Assembly (NCBI GenBank): GCA_963774265.1
Contig: CAVZDU010000002.1
Location: 800,001-864,000, forward strand
Source: an uncultured Chloroflexia bacterium
GTDB taxonomy: Bacteria > Chloroflexota > Anaerolineae > CG2-30-64-16
Length of the DNA stretch: 64,000 bases
Reading direction: 5' to 3'
The translations under genes and the position numbers were made by a program. How positions within the stretch are numbered: the stretch's first letter is position 1; each line of letters begins with the position of its first letter. A model generated the notes under the pieces. It worked only from the letters and a program-made list of their open reading frames with translations, was not told where the DNA came from and did no database searches. Below are positions 40,690 to 52,279 of the stretch, in pieces.

Positions 40690-41403
40690 ATGAACACCTA
40701 CAGAAAGACCGCAATCATCGTGGGCATACTATTCATCGCTTGCACCGTTGCCAGTATCCTTGGCCCGTCGCTGGCCGGCTCGATCAATGCCCCGGACTAT
40801 CTCAATCAACTGGCCGCCGATCCAAATCAGATCATCATCGCGGCGCTGCTGGAGTTTATCTGGGCTGCGACCGGCGCCGGCATCGCCATCGGGCTGTATC
40901 CACTCCTGAAAAAGTACAACGGAGCCCTGGCGCTCGGATCCGTCAGTTTTCGGGTCGTTGAGGGTGTATTCGTTCTCATCGGCACACTCGGCCTGCTATC
41001 ACTGTTGACATTGAGCCAGGAATTCATTGCAGCAGGGGCTCCTGGTGCATCCTCATTTCAAACCTCAGGCACGTTGTTGTTGGCGCTACGTGACTGGCAG
41101 CTCCATGTCATATCAGGGCTTGCCTTTGCCCTGGGCGCCCTGATGTATTACGTCATATTGTACCAATCAAAACTCATCCCCCGGTGGCTATCAGGCTGGG
41201 GTGTTCTCGGCGCTGTCCTGTCACTGGCAGCAACCGTGCTGGCTTCATTCGCCCGTGATTTCGGTATGGCGTCGGTTCACACCTATTTGAGCATCCCAAT
41301 AGGCGTGAATGAACTGGTCTTCGCGGTCTGGCTGATCGTGAAGGGATTCAATCCATCTGCGATCGCTGCCCTGTCTGCCAGGCAGTCGCGATTGGAGGAT
41401 TGA
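40690..41403 (+). CDS. DUF4386 membrane protein
   Basis: KTA.IVG.LFI, LYPLLKK, FR..E, S.LIPRW.S.WG and WLIVKGF motifs. Confidence 0.8.
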   Translation: MNTYRKTAIIVGILFIACTVASILGPSLAGSINAPDYLNQLAADPNQIIIAALLEFIWAATGAGIAIGLYPLLKKYNGALALGSVSFRVVEGVFVLIGTLGLLSLLTLSQEFIAAGAPGASSFQTSGTLLLALRDWQLHVISGLAFALGALMYYVILYQSKLIPRWLSGWGVLGAVLSLAATVLASFARDFGMASVHTYLSIPIGVNELVFAVWLIVKGFNPSAIAALSARQSRLED

Positions 41404-41404
41404 G

Positions 41405-42355
41405 ATGAAAGCCGTCGTTTACACCCGATACGGCCCGCCGGAAGTGCTGCGGCTGGCGGATGTTCCCAAACCGGCGCCGCGTGACCACGAAGTGCTGGTC
41501 AAAGTCCATGCCACCACCGTCACCATCGGCGACACCATCATGCGCAGCCTCAACCTGCCCATCCATGGCTGGCAGAAGGTCATGGCGCGGCTGATCCTGG
41601 GGTGGCGCAGGCCCAGGCGTGCCATCCTGGGGATGGAACTGGCCGGGGAGATTGAATCTGTCGGCAGGAAGGTGACCCGCTTCAAGCCCGGCGACCCGAT
41701 CTTCGCCTCCACCTTCGCCGTCAATTTCGGCGGTCATGCCGAATACAAATGCCTGCCCGAAAACGGGGTGATCGCCATCAAACCGGCCAATCTCACCTAC
41801 GAGGAGGCCGCCGCCGTCCCCGGCGCAGGGCAGACGGCCTGGCGCTGTCTTCAAAAGGGCCACCTCCAACCCGGGCAGAAGATCTTGATCTACGGCGCAT
41901 CCGGCGCGGTCGGCACGTATGCGGTGCAGCTTGCCAGCCGCCACTTCGGGGCCGACGTGACCGGGGTGTGCAGCGGCGCGAACCTGGAACTGGTGCAATC
42001 GCTGGGGGCGAGCCAGGTCATAGATTACACCCGGCAGGATTTCACCCAAAGCGGCGCAACCTACGATGTGGTTTTCGACGCCGTCGGCAAACTGACGCCG
42101 GCGCAGGGCAAAAAGGCGCTCAAGCCGGGCGGCGTCTACCTCAACGTCCACGCCGACTCGGATGGCGGCGAAAAGCTCGAAGACCTGCTCGTGCTCAAAG
42201 AACTGGTCGAGGCGGGCAAGCTCAAACCGGTCATTGACCGGGTCTATCCGCTCGAACAGATCGTCGAGGCGCACCGCTATGTCGAGCAAGGACACAAGAA
42301 AGGCAACGTCGCTATCACGGTATGGTGCGAATCGGACACGACAGGTGCAAGGTAA
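41405..42355 (+). CDS. NAD(P)-dependent medium-chain dehydrogenase/quinone reductase-like protein
   Basis: YGPPEVL, GASGAVG, IDYT, PVIDR.YPL and GHKKG motifs. Confidence 0.88.
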   Translation: MKAVVYTRYGPPEVLRLADVPKPAPRDHEVLVKVHATTVTIGDTIMRSLNLPIHGWQKVMARLILGWRRPRRAILGMELAGEIESVGRKVTRFKPGDPIFASTFAVNFGGHAEYKCLPENGVIAIKPANLTYEEAAAVPGAGQTAWRCLQKGHLQPGQKILIYGASGAVGTYAVQLASRHFGADVTGVCSGANLELVQSLGASQVIDYTRQDFTQSGATYDVVFDAVGKLTPAQGKKALKPGGVYLNVHADSDGGEKLEDLLVLKELVEAGKLKPVIDRVYPLEQIVEAHRYVEQGHKKGNVAITVWCESDTTGAR

Positions 42356-42600
42356 TGTCAAACAATCCTAACCCGACAACTGATCCAAGTCACTCCCTGG
42401 TCTATCAGATCAGGCTCAAGGGCCATTTGGGTTCTCAGTGGACAGACTGGTTTGAGGACCTGACCATCACGCTGGAAGAGGACGGCGATACGCTTCTAAC
42501 CGGCCCGGTGGTCGACCAGGCTGCGTTGCATGGGCTGCTTAAAAAAGTGCGTGATTTGGGCATACCGTTAGTCTCGGTCTGTCCTAAGGAGGAGAAATGA
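42355..42600 (+). CDS. Small conserved hypothetical protein (YQIRLKGHL..W.DWF family)
   Basis: Overlaps the previous stop; GPVVDQAALHGLL.KVRDLG; second copy at 48224. Confidence 0.8.
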   Translation: MSNNPNPTTDPSHSLVYQIRLKGHLGSQWTDWFEDLTITLEEDGDTLLTGPVVDQAALHGLLKKVRDLGIPLVSVCPKEEK

Positions 42601-43294
42601 ATTCGATCAACAAGACCGCAAGAATGGCTGGATTGCTGTATCTTATTTACATGGTGATTCACATCTTCGCAGATGTGATCGGTCGTTCCAGGCTGATTGT
42701 ATGGGGAGACGCCGCGACAACCGCCAGGAATATCACGGCGTCTGCAGGGCAATTCCGTATCGGCATTATGGGCGATCTGCTCGCGGCCGCGCTTGTTTCT
42801 TCTGACAGCCTGGGCTTTGTACGTGCTGCTGAAGCCGGTCAACAAGAACATCGCTTTGCTGTTCCTGTTGTTGAACCTGGGCGGTGTCGCCATCCAGTGT
42901 TTCAGCGATCTTTTCTTGTTTGCCAGCCAGTTGCTCCTGAGCGGCGCCGATTACTTGAAAGCATTCCAGGCCGATCAACTGCCGGCGCTGGCCATGTTAT
43001 CCCTGTATCTGAACAAAAACGGGTTCATGATCGCCCAGATATTCTATGGCGCCTGGCTCTTTCCGCTGGGTTACCTGGTTTTCAAGTCGGGCTTCCTGCC
43101 CAGGATTTTGGGCATTGTGTTGATGGTTCATTGTGCTTTCTGGCTGATGACGGCTCTTCAGTTCTTCCTTTTCCCGGGCTTCGGGGCGATAACCTATGTA
43201 AGCTGGCCGCTTGGATTCATTGCGGAATTTGGGCTTGACTTTGTGGCTTCTGATTATGGGCGCCAAAGAGCAGAAACCAGCTTCGAGTGCGTGA
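42597..43294 (+). pseudogene. DUF4386 membrane protein (two frameshifts)
   Basis: KTARMAGLLYL start in one frame, LYVLLKPVNK...FKSGFLPR in the next, LWLLIMG end in a third. Confidence 0.78.
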
Positions 43295-43327
43295 GAAGGT
43301 CGGTGATCGCCACAAAGGATGAGCCTC

Positions 43328-45293
43328 ATGAAAACGATGGCAGACACAACCTCCGAACCGCTGAAGTCTTCAGCCGAGAGCGGCCAACATGAAGCCTTTG
43401 CCGAGCTGGGCGCGGCGTGCGGGCGGCGCTGGAGACCTATTCCAACGTCCACCGCGGCAGCGGGCATAACTCGCTGACCTCCACGCACTTGTACGAGCAG
43501 GCCCGCGAGATTGTCCTGGATGATCTGGGGCTGGATAAGGAGCGGCCACACCGTCATCTTTTGCTCTCCCAGGCGGGCGGAGCTGCTCCAGGCGCAGCTC
43601 GGGCGGATGAGCTGCCGCACCGTGTCCAGCCGGGACATCGGCCTGCCCCTGGGTCTGCGGGCGGTGGCTGTCGGACGGAATGCGCTGCCCGCGGGCGCGC
43701 CCTTCCAGCCCGGCGGCGGGACGGCCCGGCTGGTCTTTCCCAAGCTGGGTCATCTGGGCCAGGGGGCCGGACAAATTCGAGGCCGGCACACCGGCCATCG
43801 TTAACGTCATTGCCTTTGCCCGGGCGCTGCAGTTGATCCGGCAGTTCGGAAAGGACGCCTTTCTTGGAGCGGACACCGAAAAACGGACGGCGGCTGACAT
43901 CCTGTATCACGACGAGCTGGAGAAATTCACCGGGCGGGAACTGCTGGCTGCACTCCGGCCGACCCTGATCGGTCAAAGGGTTCCCGTCCCGACGCTGGAA
44001 GGCGCCAGGCCCTTCATCAACCTGGATAATGGCGCCAGCACGCCCACCTTCGAACCCATCTGGGATGCGGTCTGCCAGGCCTGGCGCCAGCCGGAGCAGG
44101 TGCAGCGGGAGATCGTCCGGGAGGTCAAGTCCATTTGCGCCGGGGTGCTGGGCGCGCCTCCGGCAGACTACGACGTGATTTTCACATCCAACACCACCGA
44201 AGCCATCAACCTGGCCGCCGAAAGCCTGGGCAGGGAATCCGAACCGGGCATCCAACCGGTCGTGGTGAACACGATCCTGGAACACAACTCGAACGAGCTG
44301 CCGTGGCGCAGGCTTCCCGGCGTTTCGCTGATCCGGTTGCCGGTGGACGCTGAAGGCTTCGTGGATTTGAACGAGCTGGAGACGCTCTTGCGCGCCTACA
44401 ACCAGGAGGGTCAGCACGGCAAGACAGCGCATCAAGCTGGTGGCCGTGAGCGGCGCTTCGAATGTCCTGGGCGTATGCAACGATCTGGCGGAGATCAGCC
44501 GCATCGTGCACCGATACGGCGCGCGCCTGCTGGTGGATGCGGCCCAGTTGGTCGCCCACCGCAAGGTCGAGATGGCAGCATGCGGGATCGACTATCTCGC
44601 CTTCTCGGCCCATAAGGCCTACGCGCCATTCGGCACCGGGGTGTTGATGGTTAGAAAGGGGCTGCTTCATTTCAGCCCCGCCGAACTGGAGCAGATCCAA
44701 TCGTCCGGCGAGGAAAACGTCGGCGGCATCGCCGCGTTGGGCAAGGCGCTGGTGCTGTTGCAGCGCATCGGCCTGGATGTGATCCAGGAGGAAGAACAGG
44801 CTTTGACCGGGCGGGCCTTGCGCGGCCTGGCGCAAATACCCGGCCTCACGGTTTACGGGATCAAGGACCCGGACTCGCCCCGGTTCGCCCAAAAAGGCGG
44901 TGTCATTGTCTTTCGCCTGGAGGGCATCATGGCCAACCGGGTGGCCAAAGAACTGGCCGAGCGGGGCGGGATCGGCGTGCGCTCCGGTTGCCACTGCGCT
45001 CATCTGTTGATCAAGCACCTGCTCGATATTCCTCCACTGCTGGAGCAATTGCAGGGCGTGATCGCTGACCCTGTTCCCGCAGGTCGCGCCTGCCTGGCCT
45101 CACCCGCGTGAGCCTGGGCATCGAGAACAGCGTCGGAGGAGATTGATACATTGATTGACGTATTGGACAAAATCGCCCGGCAGCCCCGGACCGAGACGGA
45201 CAACCCCTTCGCTTCGACGCAGACCGATATCCAGCGGCAGATGGATGATTTCGCCAGGGCTGCGGCCCAGAGAGTCTATATGCAGCCAACTAG
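43328..45293 (+). pseudogene. Class-V PLP aminotransferase (SufS-like) with extended N-terminus, frameshifted
   Basis: YSNVHRG, EAGTP, LDNGAST, FTSNTTEAINL, EHNSN, DAAQ, SAHK and RSGCHCA spread over several frames. Confidence 0.8.
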
Positions 45294-45320
45294 AAAATTG
45301 TGGCTGGGTTGGGACGCTGT

Positions 45321-45357
45321 TTGAATTTTGGGGGGCGTGTTATATAATTGATCCATG
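45321..45357 (+). promoter_or_regulatory. Leaderless promoter of regulator 2
   Basis: TTGAAT-N16-TATAAT-N6-ATG; upstream ~60 bp nearly identical to 49432-49492. Confidence 0.65.
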
Positions 45358-48054
45358 TCCACGCCCATCTTAGCCACCAAACTTTATATTCCCCTACCTC
45401 GGCCTAAAGTCGTCCTCCGCCCCCGCCTGATCGAGCGGCTGAACGAGGGTCTGCTCCAGCCGGGCGCGCAAACTGACCCTCATCTCTGCCCCCGCCGGCT
45501 TTGGCAAAACCACGCTGGTCAGCGAATGGGTCGCCGGTTGCGACGCGCGACCGGTCGCCTGGCTGTCGCTGGACGAAGGGGATAACGACCCCGCACGCTT
45601 TCTGACTTACCTCGTCGCGGCTTTGCAGACCATCTTTGCCGGTATCGGAGCAGGGGTGTTGGCTGCGCTCGCAATCCCCCCAGCCGCCGCCAACCGAATC
45701 GATTCTGACAACCCTGCTCAATGAAATCACCACCATCCCGGACAATTTCATCCTCGTCCTTGACGACTACCACGCTGATTGATGCCAAACCTGGTCGACG
45801 CAGGCCCTCACCTTTCTGCTCGAGCACCTGCCGCCGCAGATGCACCTGGTCATCGCCACCCGTGAGGATCCGCATCTACCCCTGGCCCGGTTGCGCGCCC
45901 GGGGCCAATTGACCGAGCTGCGCGCCGCCGACTTGCGTTTTACCCCCGCCGAAGCCGCCGAGTTTCTCAACCAGGTGATGGGGCTGAACCTCTCGGCGGA
46001 AGACATCGCCGCACTGGAAACCCGCACCGAAGGCTGGATTGCCGGCCTGCAATTGGCCGCGCTTTCAATGCAGGGACATCAAGACACCACCAGCTTCATC
46101 AAGTCTTTCACCGGCAGCCACCATTTCGTGCTGGACTATCTGGTTGAAGAAGTCCTGGGACAGCAGTCCGAAAGCGTCCAGACTTTCTTGCTGCGCACGT
46201 CCATCCTCGACCGCCTGTGCGGCCCTCTGTGTGATGCCGTTCTGCTCGGATGCCGGCGGGCATCCGCGATGTCCGGGCAGGAAACCCTGGAATATCTCGA
46301 ACATGCCAACCTGTTCATCGTCCCCCTGGACAACGAGCGGCGTTGGTACCGCTATCACCATCTCTTTGCCGAATTGCTGCGGCAGCGACTGCACCAGAGC
46401 GCCGCCTCGCCTACCGGGAGTGACAAGGGGAGCGTGGTCGATCTACACACACGTGCCAGCCAATGGTATGAAGACAATGGCCTGGAGATTGAAGCTTTTC
46501 ACCATGCGGCTGCCGCCAATGACATTGAGCGCGCCGAGCGGCTGATTGAGGGAGGGGGGATGCCCCTGCACTCACTCGGCGCGGTGACCGCCATACTCGA
46601 CTGGCTGGATTCGCTGCCAAGGCCGTACTGGATGCCAGGCCCCGGTTGTGGGTGAGGTCGGCCACGTCGGCGCTGATGGCTGGACGGACAACCGGCGTCG
46701 AAGAGAAACTGCAAGCGGCCGAAAGCAGCCACTGCAAGATGCCGATCCTGATGACAAGACCCGCGACCTGATCGGGCAAATTGCCGCCATCAGAGCCACG
46801 TTGGCGCTCCTCCGCTACCAGCCGGAGGCCACGATCATCCAGGCGCGCCGCGCCCTGGAGTACCTGCACCCCGACAACCTGCCTTTCCGCAGCACGAGCT
46901 ATCTGGACGCTGGGGTTTGCTTACCAGCTCCAGGGGGACCGTGCCGCGGCCCGTCAGGTCTATACCGAAGCCATAGCTATCAGCCAGGCGTCCGGGAATA
47001 TCGTACTACACTATATTGGCTACAACCAGCCTGGGCAAGATACAGGAATCTGAAAACCAGCTTTATCAGGCGGCCGAGACCTACCGGCGCTCCTGCAACT
47101 GCTTAGCGATCAGGGACCTCCGAATGCCAGCGAAGCGTATCTTGGCCTGGCCCGCATATTCTACGAATGGAACGATCTGGATGCCGCTGAGCAGCACGGA
47201 CAACAGAGCCTGCAACTGGCGCGGCAGTATGACCGCGTGATTGACCGATTCATTATCTGCGAGGTGTTCCTGGCCCGCCTGAAACTGGCCCGGGGCGATG
47301 TGGCCGGCGCGGCCGCCATGTTGGCGGAGACCGAGCAGTCCGTGCGCCAGCATAACTTCGTGCAGCGCATGCCCGAGGTTGCTGCCGCGCAAGTGCTTGC
47401 GCTGCTTCGCCAGGGCGATCTGGCGGCAGCCGCTGCATCTGGCCCAGACGCACGATCTCCCCATCAGCCAGGCCCGGGTACACCTGGCCCAGGGAGACCC
47501 GTCCGCAGCGCTGGCGGTGCTGGAGCCATTGCGTCAGCAGATGGAAGCCAAGGGTTGGCAGGATGAACGGCTCAAGGTGATGGTTCTGCAGGCGGTCGCG
47601 CTGCATGCGCATGGCGAAAAGGACAAGGCTGTGCAACTGCTGGGTGAGGCGCTGGCGCTGGCCGAGCCGGGCGGCTTCATCCGTCTCTTTGTGGACGAAG
47701 GCGAGCCGATGCGATGTGCTGATCTTCGATTGTCGATTGAAAAGCAGCGCGCGTGCCGGATCATGCCAGAGCGGTTACGCGGATAAACTCCTGGCTGCTT
47801 TTGCACAACCGGCGGCCATGCCACAATCGAAAATCGAACAATCCAGCAATCCACACATGCTTGAGCCACTGAGCCAACGCGAGTTGGAAGTGCTGAAGCT
47901 GATCGCCCAGGGACTCTCGAACCGTGAGATCGGCGAGCGGCTTTTCCTCGCCCTGGACACGGTCAAAGGGCACAACCGCAGAATCTTCGACAAACTGCAG
48001 GTTCAAAGCCGCACCGAAGCCATCGCCCGCGCCCGCGAGCTGGGCTTGCTGTAA
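45355..48054 (+). pseudogene. MalT-like STAND/LuxR regulator 2 (multiple frameshifts)
   Basis: Collinear fragments with the same motifs as 49490..52231. Confidence 0.9.
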
Positions 48055-48102
48055 CAGCAAGCGCCGTATTCCTCACTATTCTCCCCTTCAATCAATTCAA
48101 AA

Positions 48103-48179
48103 CAACACCTCCCACCAACACCAAAGTGTCTATACGACTAACACCGTGTTGCCGATATACTACTTGTGCATTGAGCAAG
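48103..48179 (+). promoter_or_regulatory. Conserved AACAC-box motif, copy 2
   Basis: CAACACCTCCCACCAACACCAAAGTGTCTATACGACTAACACCG..GATATACTACTT. Confidence 0.75.
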
Positions 48180-48223
48180 TGGCACAGACCGGCTGTATGA
48201 CCGGCCACAACAGGTACAAGGTG

Positions 48224-48538
48224 ATGTCAAACAAACTCGACCCAACAACTGATCCAAGTCAACCCGTGGTCTATCAGATCAGGCTCAAGGGCCATCTGGG
48301 CCGTCAGTGGACAGACTGGTTTGGCGGCCTGACCATCACGCTGGAAGAGGACGGCGATACGCTCCTAACCGGCCCGGTGGTCGACCAGGCCGCGTTGCAT
48401 GGATTGCTCAAAAAAGTGCGTGATCTGGGTATGCCATTGGTCTCGGTCACTCCTGTCGAACCCGGCCCTCCGACGACGCTCCCCCTTCGGGGACTTCGCG
48501 GGACAGGCCAGGCAGATGCGTCAGATGTCAAGTCGTAA
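48224..48538 (+). CDS. Small conserved hypothetical protein (YQIRLKGHL family), copy 2
   Basis: Highly similar to 42355..42600. Confidence 0.8.
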   Translation: MSNKLDPTTDPSQPVVYQIRLKGHLGRQWTDWFGGLTITLEEDGDTLLTGPVVDQAALHGLLKKVRDLGMPLVSVTPVEPGPPTTLPLRGLRGTGQADASDVKS

Positions 48539-48591
48539 ATTGGCGTGAGCGTCTTGTTTACGCCAAAATCAATCACAACAAGGAGAGAAAA

Positions 48592-49254
48592 ATGAAAAAA
48601 GTTAAACAATTCGGAGAAACCGTGGAAGGATATAACATCCCTGTCTTAAACGAGCGGGAAATAAGAGCATCGGCAGGGATACTGTTTATATCTATGTTCT
48701 TTTCCTGGATGCTGGTCATATTTAAAGAGAGTTTTTTCCTGATCAAGTTTGTTAACACAATCTTCCTGACAGATTTGATCATACGGGTATTGATCAATCC
48801 CAAGTATTCACCTTCATTAATAATCGGGAGGTTGATCGTAGGCGGTCAAACCCCCGAATATGTCGGCGCGGCTCAAAAAAAGTTTGCCTGGACGATCGGT
48901 CTGGTGTTAGCTACGATCATATTCCTGCTGTTGGTTGTAATGAATTCAACTAGCTTCATTACCGGGATTGTCTGTCAAATCTGCCTGTTATTCTTATTCT
49001 TTGAAGCTGTGTTCGGCATTTGTTTGGGATGCAAGTTCTATCCAATGTTCCATAAAGAAAAAACTCAATACTGCCCCGGTGAAATTTGTGATGTCAAGGT
49101 AAAACAGGAGATCCAGAAAACGTCGTTACTGCAAAAAGGCGTTGTGATTGGGTCTTTCGCTTATGTGATAGCAGCAGCGATCTTGCTTAACAATAATTTT
49201 AGTGCAAAACCGACTGACTTATGGGTCATCGTGAAATCTGTTCTATCGCTCTAA
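48592..49254 (+). CDS. DUF4395-like membrane protein
   Basis: NEREIRA.AG, QK.FAW.IG, E..FGICLGC and CPGE.C motifs; visibly AT-rich. Confidence 0.75.
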   Translation: MKKVKQFGETVEGYNIPVLNEREIRASAGILFISMFFSWMLVIFKESFFLIKFVNTIFLTDLIIRVLINPKYSPSLIIGRLIVGGQTPEYVGAAQKKFAWTIGLVLATIIFLLLVVMNSTSFITGIVCQICLLFLFFEAVFGICLGCKFYPMFHKEKTQYCPGEICDVKVKQEIQKTSLLQKGVVIGSFAYVIAAAILLNNNFSAKPTDLWVIVKSVLSL

Positions 49255-49455
49255 GGATTGGTGCTGATAAAAATAGTTGCGACAACCGTCCATGTTCATG
49301 CTGGGCGTTGCGATTGCGGGAGTATCTTCAGCAGTCCGACAGCTAGTGGGAATGCGAAAGACACCTGCCATCGACCCGGCAGATCCAGCCCCAAAGCCCA
49401 TATGATAGTTGCGGGGCGCATACGCTAGGAGATTGTGGCTGGGTTGGGACGCTGT

Positions 49456-49492
49456 TTGAATTTCGGGGGGCGTGGTATATGATTGATTCATG
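49456..49492 (+). promoter_or_regulatory. Leaderless promoter of regulator 3
   Basis: TTGAAT-N16-TATGAT-N6-ATG. Confidence 0.65.
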
Positions 49493-52231
49493 TCCACGCC
49501 CATCCTGGCCACCAAACTTTATGTTCCCCTTCTTCGGCCTAAAGTCGTCCTCCGCCCCCGCCTGATCGAGCGGCTGAACGAGGGTCTGCGCCAAAGCCAC
49601 GGCTTTGGACGCAAACTGACCCTCATCTCTGCCTCCGCCGGCTTCGGTAAAACCACGCTGGTCAGCGAATGGGTCGCCGGCTGCGAGCGCGGCGAACCGA
49701 AGGTCCGCGTTGCCTGGCTGTCGCTGGATGAAGGGGACAACGATCCCGCACGCTTTCTGACTTACCTCGTCGCGGCGGTGCAGACAGTCGCGCCCCGAGG
49801 GTCCGCTGTCGACGAGATCGGAGCAGGGGTGCTGGCTGCGCTGCAATCCCCCCAGCCGCCACCAACCGAATCGCTTCTGACGACCCTGCTCAATGAAATT
49901 GCGGCCATCCCGGAGAATTTCATCCTCGTCCTGGACGACTACCACGTCATCGATGCCCGACCGGTTGCCGCGTCGACCTCCGTCGACGCGGCCCTCACCT
50001 TTCTGGTGGAACATTTACCACCGCAGATGCACCTGGTCATTGCCACGCGTGAGGATCCCCATCTCCCCCTGGCCCGGTACCGCGCCCGGGGCCAATTGAC
50101 CGAGCTGCGCGCCGCCGATTTGCGTTTCACCCCCGCCGAAGCCGCCGAATTTCTCAACCAGGCCATGGGTCTGCACTTGTCGGTCGAAAACATCGCGGCC
50201 CTGGAAACCCGCACCGAAGGCTGGATTGCCGGCCTGCAATTGGCCGCACTTTCAATGCGGGGACATCAAGACACCGCCGGCTTCATCAAGTCTTTCACCG
50301 GCAGCCACCATTTCGTGCTGGACTACCTGGTTGAAGAAGTCCTGGGGCAGCAATCCGAAAGCGTCCAGGCTTTCTTGCTGCGCACATCCATCCTGGACCG
50401 CATGTGCGGCCCGCTGTGTGACGCGGTTTCGCAGGGCGACCAGGGTCCCACGCCTGCTGCTTCCGGTCAGGAAACCCTGGAATACCTCGAACACGCCAAC
50501 CTGTTTGTCGTCCCCCTGGACAACGAGCGGCGCTGGTACCGCTATCACCATCTCTTTGCAGAATTGCTGCGGCAGCGGCTGCAGCAGAGCCTCGCTTCAT
50601 CAGGGGATGAAGGGCGGAGCGGGGCCGAGTTACACAGCTTGGCCAGCCAATGGTACGAAAACCATGGCCTGGTGATCGAAGCCTTCCGTCATGCGGCTGC
50701 CGCCCATGACATTGAACGCGCCGAGCGGCTGATTGGGGGAGGAGGGATACCCCTGCATTCACTTTTCGCGGCGACCGCCATGCTCGACTGGCTGGATTCG
50801 CTGCCGAAGACTGTATTGGATGCCAGACCCTGGTTGTGGGTAAGTTCTGCCACATCGGCGCTACTGGCTGGACAGACAACTGGTGTCGAAGAAAAACTAC
50901 AAGCAGCTGAAAAAGCCATACAAAATGCCGATCTTGATGATAAGACCCGCGACCTGATTGGACAAATTGCCGCTGTGAGAGCCATATTGGCGCACCTCCA
51001 ATACCAGCCAGAAGCCACGATCACCCAGGCGCGCCGCGCCCTGGAGTACCTGCACCCCGATAACCCGCCTTTCCGTAGTAGAGCTTTCCGGGCGCTGGGG
51101 TTTGCTTACCAGCTCCAGGGGGACCGTGCCGCGGCCCGTCAGGCCTTTACCGAAGCCATATCTATCAGACAAGCGTCCGGGGATATCTACCTAACTGTAT
51201 CAGCTGCAACCGGCTTGGGCAACGTACAGGAATCTGAAAACCAGCTTTATCAGGCGGTCGAAACCTACCAACGCTCCCTGCAACTGCTTAGTGATCAGTC
51301 ATCTTCGAACGCTGATCAAGAGTTTATTGGCTTGGCTCGCATATTCTATGAATGGAACGATCTGGATGCCGCTGAGCAGTACGGGCAGCAGAGCCTTCAA
51401 CTAGCGCGGCAGTATGATCGCGCGGTTGATAGATTCGTTATCTGCGAGGTGTTTCTTGCCCGCTTGAAACTGGCCCGGGGTGATGTAGCCAGCGCAGCTG
51501 CAATGTTGGCTGAAACCAGCCGTTCCGTGCAACAGCATAACTACGAGCATCGTATACCCGATGTAGCTGCTCAACAAGTGATAGTGTTGCTTCATCAGGG
51601 TGATCTGGCGGCAGCTGCACAATTGGCTCAAGCACACGAACTGCCCCTGAGCCAGGCCAGGGTACACCTGGCCCAGGGAGACCCATCCGCAGCGCTGGCG
51701 GTGTTGGGGCCGTATCGCCAGCAGGCGGAAGCCAGGAATTGGCAGGATGAACGGCTCAAGGTGATGGTCCTCCAGGCGGTCGCGCTCCAGGCGCATGGCG
51801 AAGTGGACAGAGCCGTGCAGCTTCTGGGCGAGGCGCTGGCACTGGCCGAGCCGGGCGGCTTCATCCGGACCTTTGTGGACGAAGGCGAGCCGGTGGCCCG
51901 GCTATTGTCCGGGGCGGCTGCCCGTGGGATGATGCCGGACTATACCGCTAAGCTGCTGGCTGCATTTCAGGATGTGACGCATGACGAAGGACAGACGCCA
52001 CAACTTGCGCCTTCCGTCCTTCGTCCTTCGTCATTGGGCGAGCCATTGAGCCAACGCGAGTTGGAAATCCTGAAGCTGATCATCCAGGGACTCTCGAACC
52101 GTGAGATCGGCGAGCGGCTCTTCCTCGCCCTGGACACGGTCAAAGGGCACAACCGCAGGATCTTCGACAAACTCCAGGTGCAAAGCCGCACCGAAGCCAT
52201 CGCCCGCGCCCGCGAGCTGGGCTTGTTGTAA
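49490..52231 (+). CDS. MalT-like STAND ATPase/LuxR transcriptional regulator 3 (intact, 913 aa)
   Basis: TKL..P...V.RPRL, Walker A SASAGFGKTT, Walker B LVLDDYH, DLRFT, YRYHHLFA, TPR-like sensor region and LuxR HTH. Confidence 0.93.
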   Translation: MSTPILATKLYVPLLRPKVVLRPRLIERLNEGLRQSHGFGRKLTLISASAGFGKTTLVSEWVAGCERGEPKVRVAWLSLDEGDNDPARFLTYLVAAVQTVAPRGSAVDEIGAGVLAALQSPQPPPTESLLTTLLNEIAAIPENFILVLDDYHVIDARPVAASTSVDAALTFLVEHLPPQMHLVIATREDPHLPLARYRARGQLTELRAADLRFTPAEAAEFLNQAMGLHLSVENIAALETRTEGWIAGLQLAALSMRGHQDTAGFIKSFTGSHHFVLDYLVEEVLGQQSESVQAFLLRTSILDRMCGPLCDAVSQGDQGPTPAASGQETLEYLEHANLFVVPLDNERRWYRYHHLFAELLRQRLQQSLASSGDEGRSGAELHSLASQWYENHGLVIEAFRHAAAAHDIERAERLIGGGGIPLHSLFAATAMLDWLDSLPKTVLDARPWLWVSSATSALLAGQTTGVEEKLQAAEKAIQNADLDDKTRDLIGQIAAVRAILAHLQYQPEATITQARRALEYLHPDNPPFRSRAFRALGFAYQLQGDRAAARQAFTEAISIRQASGDIYLTVSAATGLGNVQESENQLYQAVETYQRSLQLLSDQSSSNADQEFIGLARIFYEWNDLDAAEQYGQQSLQLARQYDRAVDRFVICEVFLARLKLARGDVASAAAMLAETSRSVQQHNYEHRIPDVAAQQVIVLLHQGDLAAAAQLAQAHELPLSQARVHLAQGDPSAALAVLGPYRQQAEARNWQDERLKVMVLQAVALQAHGEVDRAVQLLGEALALAEPGGFIRTFVDEGEPVARLLSGAAARGMMPDYTAKLLAAFQDVTHDEGQTPQLAPSVLRPSSLGEPLSQRELEILKLIIQGLSNREIGERLFLALDTVKGHNRRIFDKLQVQSRTEAIARARELGLL

Positions 52232-52279
52232 CAGCAGGGTCCGTATTCCTCAACACTCTCCTCCTTCAGTGATCCAAAG

